Assembly (NCBI GenBank): GCA_963741925.1
Contig: CAVUJU010000003.1
Span: 79,281-143,280 of the forward strand
Direction: 5' to 3'
DNA: 64,000 nucleotides
DNA from: an uncultured Acidobacteriota bacterium
GTDB taxonomy: Bacteria > Acidobacteriota > Thermoanaerobaculia > Multivoradales > DATKCC01
Position 1 is the first letter of the stretch. Every line of letters begins with the position of its first letter. Below, piece after piece: positions 33,455 through 43,138 of this stretch. The position numbers and the translations under genes were made by a program. A model generated the notes under the pieces. It was not told the DNA's origin and did not search any database. It was given only the letters and a program-made list of their open reading frames with translations.

Positions 33455-34368
33455 GCCAGGGGCCCGGTGCGCTGGCGCGCGCCCTGGCCGGCCAGCCCGG
33501 TCTCGGCGCCCGCCTCGGCGCCCTGGAGCGGGCGGCGGCGAGCGACGCCCCGGTGCTGATCGTCGGCGAACCGGGTTCGGGGCGATCCACCCTGGCCCGC
33601 GCCCTCCACGCGGCGAGCGGCCGCTCCGCCGGCCCGCTGGTCGAAATCGATCCCGGCTCGCTGCCCACCGGCCTGCTCGAGAGCGAGCTCTTCGGATACC
33701 GGCGCGGCGCGTTCACCGGCGCCGACACCGCGCGGCCGGGACGGGTGGCGCGGGCGGCGGGGGGCACCCTGCTCCTCGACCACGTGGAGGAGCTGCCCCT
33801 CGCCAGCCAGGCGAAGCTCCTGCGCCTGGTGGCCGAGGGGGTCTACGCCCCGCTCGGCGGCGGCGAGGAGCGCGCCGACGTGCGCTTCCTCGCGGTGGGC
33901 TCGGAGGACCTGCCGCGCCGGGTCGCGAGCGGCGCCTTCCGCGAGGATCTCTACTATCGCCTGGAGGTGCTCACCTTTCGGGTGCCCCCCCTGCGCGAGC
34001 GCCCCGAGGACCTGCCCGGCCTGATCGACCGGCTGCTGGCCGACCTGGGCGAGCGCTTCGGCCGCCCCGGGCTCGGCCTCGTCCCGGAGGCGCGCGGGTG
34101 GATGGGCCGGCACCCCTGGCCGGGCAACCTGCGTCAGGTGCGCAACACCCTGGAGCGGGCGCTGGTCCTGGCCGCCGGGGCCGGCCCCCTCGCCCCCGAG
34201 CCGCCCGCCGGCGGCGAGCGGCGCCCGCGCACCCTGGAAGCGGCCGAGGCCGACGAGATCCGCCGCGCCCTCGCCTACACCCGCGGTAGCCAGACCGACG
34301 CCGCCCGCCTCCTGGGCATCAGCCGCAAGGCCCTGTGGGCCAAGCGCAAGCGCCACGGGATTCCGTAG
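33451..34368 (+). CDS. Sigma54-interaction-domain (bEBP AAA+) protein with Fis-type HTH, no sensory domain, degenerate Walker motifs
   Basis: GTG 33451 (GTGA overlap with rsfS). ESELFGYRRGAFTGA (GAFTGA loop), FREDLYYRL, PPLRERPEDL, HTH AARLLGISRKALWAKRKRHGI. Walker A reads GEPGSGRST and Walker B reads LLLDHVEEL. Confidence 0.8.
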   Translation: MSQGPGALARALAGQPGLGARLGALERAAASDAPVLIVGEPGSGRSTLARALHAASGRSAGPLVEIDPGSLPTGLLESELFGYRRGAFTGADTARPGRVARAAGGTLLLDHVEELPLASQAKLLRLVAEGVYAPLGGGEERADVRFLAVGSEDLPRRVASGAFREDLYYRLEVLTFRVPPLRERPEDLPGLIDRLLADLGERFGRPGLGLVPEARGWMGRHPWPGNLRQVRNTLERALVLAAGAGPLAPEPPAGGERRPRTLEAAEADEIRRALAYTRGSQTDAARLLGISRKALWAKRKRHGIP

Positions 34369-34388
34369 CCGGCCGTCGGAACGGCCGG
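34369..34388 (+). terminator. GC hairpin directly after the stop (no T tract)
   Basis: CCGGCCG-TCGGAA-CGGCCGG starts 1 nt after TAG. Confidence 0.3.
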
Positions 34389-34499
34389 CTGCGGATTGCG
34401 AAGCTCGCTCAGGACGGAGGACAGAGCTCGGCCTGACAGCCGCGGAGCGAGGGGTAACCGGCGTCTGGCTCTGGAGGATGGCTCGGTGCAGGTCGCAAG

Positions 34500-34532
34500 G
34501 TTCGCCCGGCCGAGACAGAGCTCGGCCGCTTG
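34500..34532 (-). repeat. REP2 hairpin repeat (inverted orientation)
   Basis: The reverse complement is CAAGCGGCCGAGCTCTGTCTCGGCCGGGCGAAC. It ends ~30 nt upstream of the intron 5-prime end. Confidence 0.75.
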
Positions 34533-34561
34533 TACGCCCGCGAGGGTGCATGGTCAGAGAG

Positions 34562-36381
34562 GTGCGAGTCCTCTCCAGGCATACGCTCTCCGGCCTGTAA
34601 TCGACTCTGACTGCGTCGCCGCGAGGCGGGGTGGGGAGTAGGAGGAGATGAGCGATCAGTCCGTAGGCAACGAACCCGATTCGGCCGGTAGGACTCGGCG
34701 AGCCTACAAGCGAATGGCGAAGCCCGGACCCGGGAGAGCCGGGGTGCCCGTCGCGCTGAGGGGTAGCGTGCGAAAGCGTGGGCGGGGGGCCTACAGGTGG
34801 TTGGGGACGGAATGATCGCGACGGCCAGGCACCGTAAGCGGGGAGACCTGTCGTCCACGAGGAGAAGCAGGGCGGCAGGAGTCAGAGCTTCCATAGTAGC
34901 GAGGAAGCGCCGTAATGGGCGTGGAGCGAAGGGAAGCAGGAAGGTGGATGCGTGACGGCCAGGACGAGAGACGAGACCCCGGCGCGAGTGGGGCGAGCCC
35001 CTAACCCCGGCGGAGAGGTCCGGTCCCGATGGGGCTGGGCCGAACCCTCGGTCTGGACGGAGCGCATGCTGCGGGCCCTGGAGACCGGGGTCCGAGGAGG
35101 GACGTGGTTCAGCCTGATCGACAAGGTCTGCCGGAAGCAGACGCTTCTGCGCGCGTTCGAGAGAGTCGAGCGCAACGGGGGCGCCGCGGGGGTAGATCAC
35201 GTCACCGTGGATCACTACGGATCGCGCCTGGAGGAAGAGGTGGAGACGCTGTCGGCGTCCTTGCGGGACGGTAGCTACCGCCCGCAGGCGGTGCGTCGGC
35301 GGTGGATCCCCAAGCCGGGAAGCCGCGAGAAGCGGCCCCTGGGGATTCCGACGGTGCGCGATCGGGTGGTGCAGGGCGCGTTGCGCTTGGTCCTGGAGCC
35401 GATCTTCGAGCGGGATTTCGCCGAGCACAGCTACGGCTTCCGCCCGGGGCGCGGGTGCCGGGAAGCGCTGGAGCGGGTCGAGGAGCTCCTCGACTCGGGC
35501 CACACCTGGGTGGTGGACGCCGACCTGCGCCGGTACTTCGACACGATCGATCCGGAGCGCCTGCTGGCGCGGGTGCGCGAGAAGGTATCGGACGGGCGAG
35601 TGCTCGCCCTGGTCGAAGCCTTTCTCGAGCAAGAGGTACTGGACGGACTGGAGAGCTGGACGCCCGAGCGGGGAACCCCGCAAGGCGCGGTGATCAGCCC
35701 CCTACTGGCCAACATCTACCTCGACCCGCTGGACCATCTTCTGGCCCGCGAGGGCTTCGAGATGGTGCGCTACGCCGACGACTTCGTGATCCTGTGTCGG
35801 AGCGAGACCGAGGCCCGCCGGGCGCTTGCCCTGGTGGAGGCGTGGACGGCCCAGGAGGGCCTGAGCCTTCACCCGGACAAGACGGCGGTGGTGGATACCA
35901 CCGAGCGGGGTGGCTTCGACTTCCTGGGGTACCACTTCGAACGGGGCTACCAATGGCCCCGCGACAAGAGCCTCCGGAAGCTCAAGGACACCCTGCGCCG
36001 CAAGACCCGGCGCACCAACGGTCACAGCCTCGATCGGATCACCTGGGACGTCAGCCGGACGTTGCGTGGTTGGTACGAGTACTACCGCTACAGCCACCCG
36101 ACGACCTTCCGGCCGCTCGACCGGTGGATCCGCATGCGCCTGCGCAGCATCTTACGCAAGCGTCGCCGAGGCCGAGGCCGGGGCCGCGGTCGCGACCACC
36201 AGCGCTGGCCCAACGCCTTCTTCGCCGAGCATGGGCTGTTCAGCCTCGAAGCCGCCTATGCCTCGGACCCGCAGTCCTCTCGCAGGTGAACCACCAACCG
36301 GAGAGCCGGATGCGGGAGATCCGCACGTCCGGTTCGGAGGGAGGGGGGGCAGGGAATCCAACCTGCCCTCCCTACCCCTAT
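34562..36381 (+). mobile_element. Group II intron (full length, intergenic, RT/maturase ORF in domain IV)
   Basis: The 5-prime end is GTGCG at 34562. Domain V is GAGCCGGATGCGGGAGATCCGCACGTCCGGTTC (36303-36335). Domain VI is a hairpin with a bulged A at 36374, 7 nt before a 3-prime end ...CCCCTAT (36381). The RT ORF lies inside. Confidence 0.8.
34952..36289 (+). CDS. Group II intron reverse transcriptase/maturase (no endonuclease domain)
   Basis: ORF 34952..36289 (GTG start). RPLGIPTVRDRVVQ, TPQGAVISPLLANIYL, YADDFVIL (RT motif 5). The X/maturase region is LRGWYEYYRYS. There is no HNH motif after it. Confidence 0.9.
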   Translation: MTARTRDETPARVGRAPNPGGEVRSRWGWAEPSVWTERMLRALETGVRGGTWFSLIDKVCRKQTLLRAFERVERNGGAAGVDHVTVDHYGSRLEEEVETLSASLRDGSYRPQAVRRRWIPKPGSREKRPLGIPTVRDRVVQGALRLVLEPIFERDFAEHSYGFRPGRGCREALERVEELLDSGHTWVVDADLRRYFDTIDPERLLARVREKVSDGRVLALVEAFLEQEVLDGLESWTPERGTPQGAVISPLLANIYLDPLDHLLAREGFEMVRYADDFVILCRSETEARRALALVEAWTAQEGLSLHPDKTAVVDTTERGGFDFLGYHFERGYQWPRDKSLRKLKDTLRRKTRRTNGHSLDRITWDVSRTLRGWYEYYRYSHPTTFRPLDRWIRMRLRSILRKRRRGRGRGRGRDHQRWPNAFFAEHGLFSLEAAYASDPQSSRR

Positions 36382-36535
36382 CACCCGGGGTTGCGCCGCA
36401 CGCGGGGTTGCGCCCTACGCGGGGTTGCACCCCACCCGGGGTCGCGCGGCACGTGGGGTCGCGCGGCACGCAGGGTTGCCCCCATCCCGGGTTGCGCTGA
36501 ATGCAGGGTCACGCCGCACGCGGGGTCGCGCTCCG
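36382..36535. repeat. Degenerate ~17-bp tandem array (about 9 units, CACGCGGGGTTGCGCCS-like)
   Basis: The units read CACCCGGGGTTGCGCCG, CACGCGGGGTTGCGCCCT, ACGCGGGGTTGCACCCC, ACCCGGGGTCGCGCGG, CACGTGGGGTCGCGCGG, CACGCAGGGTTGCCCCC, ATCCCGGGTTGCGCTGA, ATGCAGGGTCACGCCG and CACGCGGGGTCGCGCTC. The array fills the gap between the intron 3-prime end and the smc stop. Confidence 0.7.
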
Positions 36536-39500
36536 TTACGCCGTCGCCGCCTGGCCTTCTTCGGGGTGGATGTCGTCGAGCTCGACCGAGACCAGCTTCG
36601 AGACGCCGCGCTCCTCCATGGTGACGCCGTAGAGCGTCGAGGCCACCTCCATGGTGATCTTGTTGTGCGTGATCACCAGGAACTGCGTGTCGCCCGCCAT
36701 CTCCTGGAGCATCTCCGCGAAACGCACCGTGTTCGCGTCGTCGAGCGGCGCGTCCACCTCGTCCAGGATGCAAAACGGCGACGGCTTGGTGCGGAACAGG
36801 GCGAACAGCAGCGCCACCGCGGTCAGCGCCTTCTCGCCGCCCGAGAGCAGCATCAGGTTCTGGAGCCGCTTGCCCGGCGGCCGGGCCACGATCTCGATCC
36901 CCGACTCCAGCACGTCGTCCTCGTCCTGGAGCCGCATCTCCGCCTCGCCGCCGCGGAAGAGCTTGGTGAAGATCTCCCCGAACGAGCGGTTCACCTCGGC
37001 GAACGTCTCCCGGAACCGCTCCGAGGAGGTCTGATTGATCTCCCGGATCGTCCGCTTCAGGCTCTCCACCGACGCCTCCACGTCGGCGCGCTGCGTGGTC
37101 AGGAAGCCGTGGCGCTCCTGCTGCTCCTCGTACTCCTCGACCGCCAGCACGTTGACCGGCCCCAGCCGCTCGAGGGTCGCCTTGGTGCGGGCGAGCTGCG
37201 CCTCGAGGTCCACCAGGCCCGGCGCCGCCTCGGCTTCCGGCGCCGGCTCCCCGGCGGCCGGCGCCTGCGCCTCGCCGGCGAGCTCGCGCTGGAACTCCTC
37301 GCGGAACGTCTCGGCGAGGTGACCGGCGTCCTGCTTGAGCTCGGCCTCCTGGATGCGCAGCGCCTCGACCGCCTCCCGCGCCACGTCGCGCTCGCCGCGC
37401 AGCTCGCCGAGCGCCGCCTCCGCACCACGGAGCGCGGCGCGGCGCTCGTCGAGGCGCTCCTGCTCGCCGAGGAGCTCGGCCTCGGCGCCGCTGCGCCGTT
37501 CGAGGGCCTGCTGGAGCTCGCTCTCGGCGCGCCTCATCTCGTCCTCGAGCTCCCGCCGGCGGCCGAGGAGCCGCGCGGCCTCCTCCTCCCAGGCGGCGGC
37601 CTGGCGGTGCGCCTCGTCGATCTGCTGGCGGGTGCGCTCGAGCTCGCGCTCGTGAGAGTCGAGGCGCTCGCGCAGGAGGTCGAGCCGCCCGCGCCGCCCG
37701 GCACTCGACTCGCGCAGCCCCTCGCGCCGCTCCTTGGCCTCGCGCACCGCCTCCTCGCCCCGGTCGAAGCGCTCCTGGAGGGCCGCATGAGCCTCGTCGG
37801 CCGCCTGGATCTCGGCGTCGAGCGCCGCCTGGCGCTCCCGAACGGCGCCCACCTCGGTGCCGATCGCGTCGTGCTCGGCGCGCAACCGCTCGCCCTCGTC
37901 GCCGAGCCGCCGGTGACGGGCCGCGGCGTCCTCCCGGCGGGCCCGGGCGACGGCGAGCTCCTGGCGGAGCTGGGCGATCTCCCCCTCCTTGGCGTTCTTC
38001 TCGCTCGCCTTCGCGGTGCGCCGCTCGATCGTCTCCTCGAGGGTGGCCTCGGCGGTCTCGAGGCGCCGCTCGAGGGCCGGGATCTCTCGGGCGAGCTCGG
38101 CCAGGTGGCGCTCGCGCTCCAGCACCCCCGGCTCGCCCCGGGCGCCGGCGACGTGGACCACGCCGCCCTCGAACCAGAGCCCCTCGGGGGAGAGAAAGGC
38201 GATTCCCGGATGGCGGCGGGCGAGGCGCTCGGCGCCGGCGGCGGAGGCGACGAGGCAGGCCGGCGGCAGGGCGGCCGCGAGCTCCGGAGCCACCCCCAGG
38301 GCGGCCCCCAGGGGGAGGACCACCTCCGGGTCGTCGACCTCGGGTGCCGCGGCCTCACCTCCCGGCGACGGGCTCACGAGGAGCGCCGCGGCCTGCCCCT
38401 GGAGGGTCTCGGCGAGCTCCCGGGCCGCCGCGTCCGGGGGCAGGACCACGGCGTCGGCGAGCTCCCCAAGGTAGAGGTCGAGCGCCCGCTCCCAGCCCTC
38501 GACCGCCCGCACCCGGTCCGAGAGGTAGACCGGCTCGGTGATGCCGGCCGCAAACAGGGCCTCCTCGAGCACCGTGCGGCGCTCGGCGTGGGCGCGGGAG
38601 AAGCTCCTCGAGGAGGCGGCGCCGCTGGCGGCCCTCGGAGAGGCTCGACTCGAGCCGCCGGACCTCCTCGGCGGCCTTCGACTCGCGGCGCAGCACCTCG
38701 TCGAGCTCGCCGCCCAGGCGCTCGATCTCGGTCGTCCGCGCCTCGATCGCGGTCTCGAGCTCGCCCACCCGGGCACTCGCGAGCTCCAGGGTCTCGGCGG
38801 CCTGCGCCGCCTCCCGGGTGTGCGCCTCGAGGTCGTGATCCAGGTGGTGGCTGCGGTAGTTGGCCTTCTCGAGCTCGATCTCGCCCTGGTGGCGGCGCTG
38901 GCGCAGGCGGTTGAGCTCGGCGGCGGCGGCCAGGAGCTCGGCGCGCAGCGCCTCGCGGCGCTCTTCGGCCCGCGCCAGGTCGCGCTCGGCGGCCTGGGTC
39001 TCCTCCTCGTCGCGGGAGACCGCGGCGGCCGCCGAGACCAGCTCGCGCTCCAGCTCGTCCCGGCGCTCGGTGAGCTCGGCGAGCACGCCGCTCAGCTCCT
39101 CGACCTCGCGGCCCCGGCGCTCGGCGAGCGCCCGGCCGCCGGCCACCCGCTCGGCGATCTCCTGGAGGCGCTCCCGGCCCGACTTCAAGAGCTGCTGGCG
39201 GCCCTCGATCAGGGCCCCCAGGTCGGCGACGGTCTTGTGCCGGTCGCCGACCGCCGCCGCGAGCCGGTCGAGCTCCTCGCGGCCGGCGGCGAGCTCGGCC
39301 TCCCGGCGGTGGAGCTCGGCGGCGAGGGCCGCGTCGCGAGAGAGGCAGGTCTCGAGCTCCACCCGCAGCCCCTCGCGCCGTCCGGCGAGGCGCCGCCAGC
39401 GCCCCAGGAGCACGCGCTCGAAGAGCTCCCGGTACTCCGCCTGCGTCTCCTTGTAGCGCCGGGCGGCGCTCGCCTGGCGCTTGAGCGAGCGCAAGGCGCG

Positions 39501-40100
39501 CTCCACCTCGCCGATCACGTCGTCCAGGCGCAGCAGGTTCGCCCGCGCCTCCTCGAGCTTGACCTCGGCGATCCGCTTTCTCGCCTTGTAGCGGGTGATC
39601 CCGGCCGCCTCCTCGATCAGCCGGCGGCGCTCCTGGGGCTTGCCGGAGAGGATCATCCCGATCTTGCCCTGCTCGATCACCGAGTAGGCCCGGATGCCCA
39701 GACCGGTGTCCATCAGGAGGTCCTTGATCTCCTTCAGGCGCACCAAGCGGCCGTTCAGGCTGTACTGGCTCTCGCCGCTCCGGAACACCCGCCGCCCCAG
39801 GGTCAGCACCCCGTCCTCGGCCGAAGGGAAGGACGGGTCGGTCTCGAGGCGCAGGGTGACCTCGCCCATGCCCAGCGGCTTGCGCTCCGCCGAGCCGTTG
39901 AAGATCACGTCCTCCATGGTGTCGCCGCGGAGGTTCTTGGCGCTCTGCTCGCCGAGCACCCAGGTGAGGGCGTCGGAGATGTTCGACTTGCCGCAGCCGT
40001 TGGGGCCGACGATGGCGGTGATCCCCCCGGCGAAATCCAGGGCGACAGGGTCCACGAAGGACTTGAATCCGGAGACCTCGAGGCGCTTGAGCTTCAACAT
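36536..40100 (-). CDS. smc: Chromosome partition protein Smc, with a 1-nt frame break at 38595-38607
   Basis: The N-terminus comes from ATG 40100 in ORF 38355..40238 (MLKLKRLEVSGFKSFVDP...IVGPNGCGKSNISDA). The C-terminus is ORF 36536..38776 (LSGGEKALTAVALLFALF, FCILDEVDAPLDDAN). There are long coiled coils. The length is 3565 nt, one base too many. Confidence 0.88.
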
Positions 40101-40221
40101 GACGTCAAGGGTCGAAGAGTACCAGAACCGAGAGTGGGCGACAAGGGCGGTAGGGGCGAGATCTGGGGGTCTGCCCGGCCCTGGGCACCAGGGCTGGTGG
40201 CCAGCCGCCGGCGCCGCCGGC

Positions 40222-40872
40222 TCATCCAGCCGCTTCAACCTCCTGGGCCGGCAGCAGCCTTCCCAGGTAGAACCACGCCCAGAGCAGGAAGGGCAGGCCG
40301 AGCTTGACCGGCAGGTCGAGGACGTGCTTGCCCAGGCCCCAGAAATTGCGGGCGAAGGCGCCGTAGTGGGCGAGGCTCCAGTGCCCGAGCTGGATGGCGT
40401 AGATGAACTCGATCCAGAACAGCGTCAGGACCACGTCGAAGCAGGCCGAGACGAGGAGCGCCCAGCCCAGGTTGGCCAGGCGCTCGCGCCAGGGAACCCC
40501 GGGGACCGCGAGGAAGAGGGCGACCAGCAGGATCACCGGGAAGTGGATGTCGGTCACGCGCAGCGAGGAGACGATCTCGTGCTCGCGGGGGAAGTCGAGG
40601 CGGCCGATCAGGGCGAAGTCGGAGTCCTTGGGGTAGAGGCGGGTGACGTCCGGGCTCTCGATCAGGTGGGCGGCGTTCTGGCCCGCCACCTCCAGGAAGC
40701 GGTTGTAGAAGGGGGTCAGGAGCGTCCAGGCGACGGCCGCCGGGATCAGCAAGAGGAGGACGTTGCGCACCAGGAGGAGCGCCCACCGCCGCCGCCCGGT
40801 CCCGGCCGTCGCCTCCGCCGGCCCGCGGCGACCCGCCCGGGCCGCGGCGCGGCTGCCGGAGCGGGCGCTCAC
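40222..40872 (-). CDS. Exosortase-associated integral membrane protein (hypothetical)
   Basis: Tail of ORF 40222..43080. GTG 40872 overlaps the exosortase stop (GTGA). Several TM helices are present (NVLLLLIPAAVAWTLL, HFPVILLVALFLAV, WALLVSACFDVVLTLFWIEFIY, LGLPFLLWAWFYL). Confidence 0.55.
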   Translation of the reverse strand: MSARSGSRAAARAGRRGPAEATAGTGRRRWALLLVRNVLLLLIPAAVAWTLLTPFYNRFLEVAGQNAAHLIESPDVTRLYPKDSDFALIGRLDFPREHEIVSSLRVTDIHFPVILLVALFLAVPGVPWRERLANLGWALLVSACFDVVLTLFWIEFIYAIQLGHWSLAHYGAFARNFWGLGKHVLDLPVKLGLPFLLWAWFYLGRLLPAQEVEAAG

Positions 40873-41435
40873 GCTCCGGCCCCGGACCGCTTCCCCGCTC
40901 CCCCTGGCGCGCCCCCGGCCCCGCCGACCCCCCCCACCCGGCTCGCCCAGATCACGAACAGGCCGAGGCCGCACAGGATCACGACCGTCTGCCAGATGAC
41001 CGTGTGGGAGGTGTCGAAGAAGGCGGGCAGGTAGGCGCCGGTCAAGTACAGGGCGACCACGCGCACCAGGTTGATCGCCTGAATCGCCACGACGCCCAGC
41101 ACGAGACCGGCCAGCCGCGCACGCCAGCGGGCGGGGAAGGCGAGGACGGCGGCGAGGAAGATGACCACGGTCTCGACCCCGTTGCAGCCGTTCTCGATGT
41201 TGACCGCGAAGCTGGGTCCCCGGATCACCGTCCCCGACAGGACGACCGGCTGGCCCAGGAGACGGAGCGCCTCGCCGCTGGTCCAGGCGACCCAGGCGGT
41301 GAAGGGCACGACCAGGTGGTCGTTGACCCAGTTGACCGACAGCAGGGTGAAGCTCCCCGCCAGGATCACCACGAAGAGCACGAGGAAGAGGATCTGCCGG
41401 CGCCGCGGGCTCGGCTGGGGTGTCGCGTCGGGCAT
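40869..41435 (-). CDS. Exosortase-family transpeptidase, short form (XrtH-like by size)
   Basis: ORF 40869..41435. Catalytic-triad contexts are present: NGCNGVETV (Cys), INLVRVVALYL (Arg) and FDTSHTVIWQ (His). It is 188 aa with ~5 TM helices. Confidence 0.65.
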   Translation of the reverse strand: MPDATPQPSPRRRQILFLVLFVVILAGSFTLLSVNWVNDHLVVPFTAWVAWTSGEALRLLGQPVVLSGTVIRGPSFAVNIENGCNGVETVVIFLAAVLAFPARWRARLAGLVLGVVAIQAINLVRVVALYLTGAYLPAFFDTSHTVIWQTVVILCGLGLFVIWASRVGGVGGAGGAPGGAGKRSGAGA

Positions 41436-41496
41436 GGTCAGCGGGTTCCGGGGCCGTCATGTTAAAGAACGAAGGCGCTCCAGTCCAGGGGAGGGA

Positions 41497-41568
41497 GGAG
41501 GCGTCTCCTTCCCCCCGTGGGGTGGGCAGGGGATCGAAAGGATGCGGGGGGCGTCCGGTTTGACAACG
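41497..41568 (+). repeat. Single copy of the G-rich core repeat, 19 nt upstream of pyrR
   Basis: GGAGGCGTCTCCTTCCCCCCGTGGGGTGGGCAGGGGATCGAAAGGATGCGGGGGGCGTCCGGTTTGACAACG. Confidence 0.8.
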
Positions 41569-41586
41569 TACGGGCCGGGACGTACC

Positions 41587-42168
41587 ATGCCGCGGATTCG
41601 GGAGCGAGCCTTGGCGCCCAGCCTCAAACCGAAGAAAACCCTCCTCGACAAGAAGCAGCTTCGCCGGGTCGTCCGTCGCATGGCGGGCGAGATCGTCGAG
41701 GCCAACGGCGGCACCGCCGACCTCATGCTGATCGGCGTGCGCACCCGCGGCGTGCCCTTCGCCGAGCGCCTGGTCGAGGAGATCCAGGCCATGGAGGGAG
41801 GAGAGGTGCCGCTGGGCATCCTCGACATCACCCTCTACCGCGACGACCTCTCGACCATCGCGCCGCAGCCGGTGGTCAAGCAGACCCGGTTCCCGCGGCC
41901 GATCGACGACCGGGTGATCGTGCTCTGCGACGACGTCCTCTTCACCGGGCGCACGGTGCGGGCGGCCCTCGACGCCCTGATCGACTACGGCCGCCCGCGC
42001 GCCGTCCGCCTCGCCGTCCTGATCGACCGCGGCCATCGCGAGCTCCCGATCCAGGCCGACTACGTGGGCACCCTGGTGCCGACCGCGGCCGACGAGCACG
42101 TCGAGGTCCGCTTCGCCGAGACCGACGGCGCCGACGAGGTCCGGCTCCTGGAACGGGTGGGGGCGTAA
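41587..42168 (+). CDS. pyrR: Bifunctional pyrimidine operon regulator / uracil phosphoribosyltransferase PyrR
   Basis: Internal ATG of ORF 41161..42168. [48 protein letters not shown] (PRPP motif), [11 protein letters not shown]. Confidence 0.9.
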   Translation: MPRIRERALAPSLKPKKTLLDKKQLRRVVRRMAGEIVEANGGTADLMLIGVRTRGVPFAERLVEEIQAMEGGEVPLGILDITLYRDDLSTIAPQPVVKQTRFPRPIDDRVIVLCDDVLFTGRTVRAALDALIDYGRPRAVRLAVLIDRGHRELPIQADYVGTLVPTAADEHVEVRFAETDGADEVRLLERVGA

Positions 42169-42169
42169 G

Positions 42170-43134
<965 letters not shown>

Positions 43135-43138
<4 letters not shown>

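Noticed and set aside
36382-36535. Sigma54 promoter-like strings (GGCACG-N5-TTGC) at the junctions of the 17-bp repeat units, near a sigma54 activator gene.
   Set aside because: The GG-to-GC spacing is 11 nt instead of the strict 10. The strings recur simply because of the repeat period, and they would fire antisense into the 3-prime end of smc.
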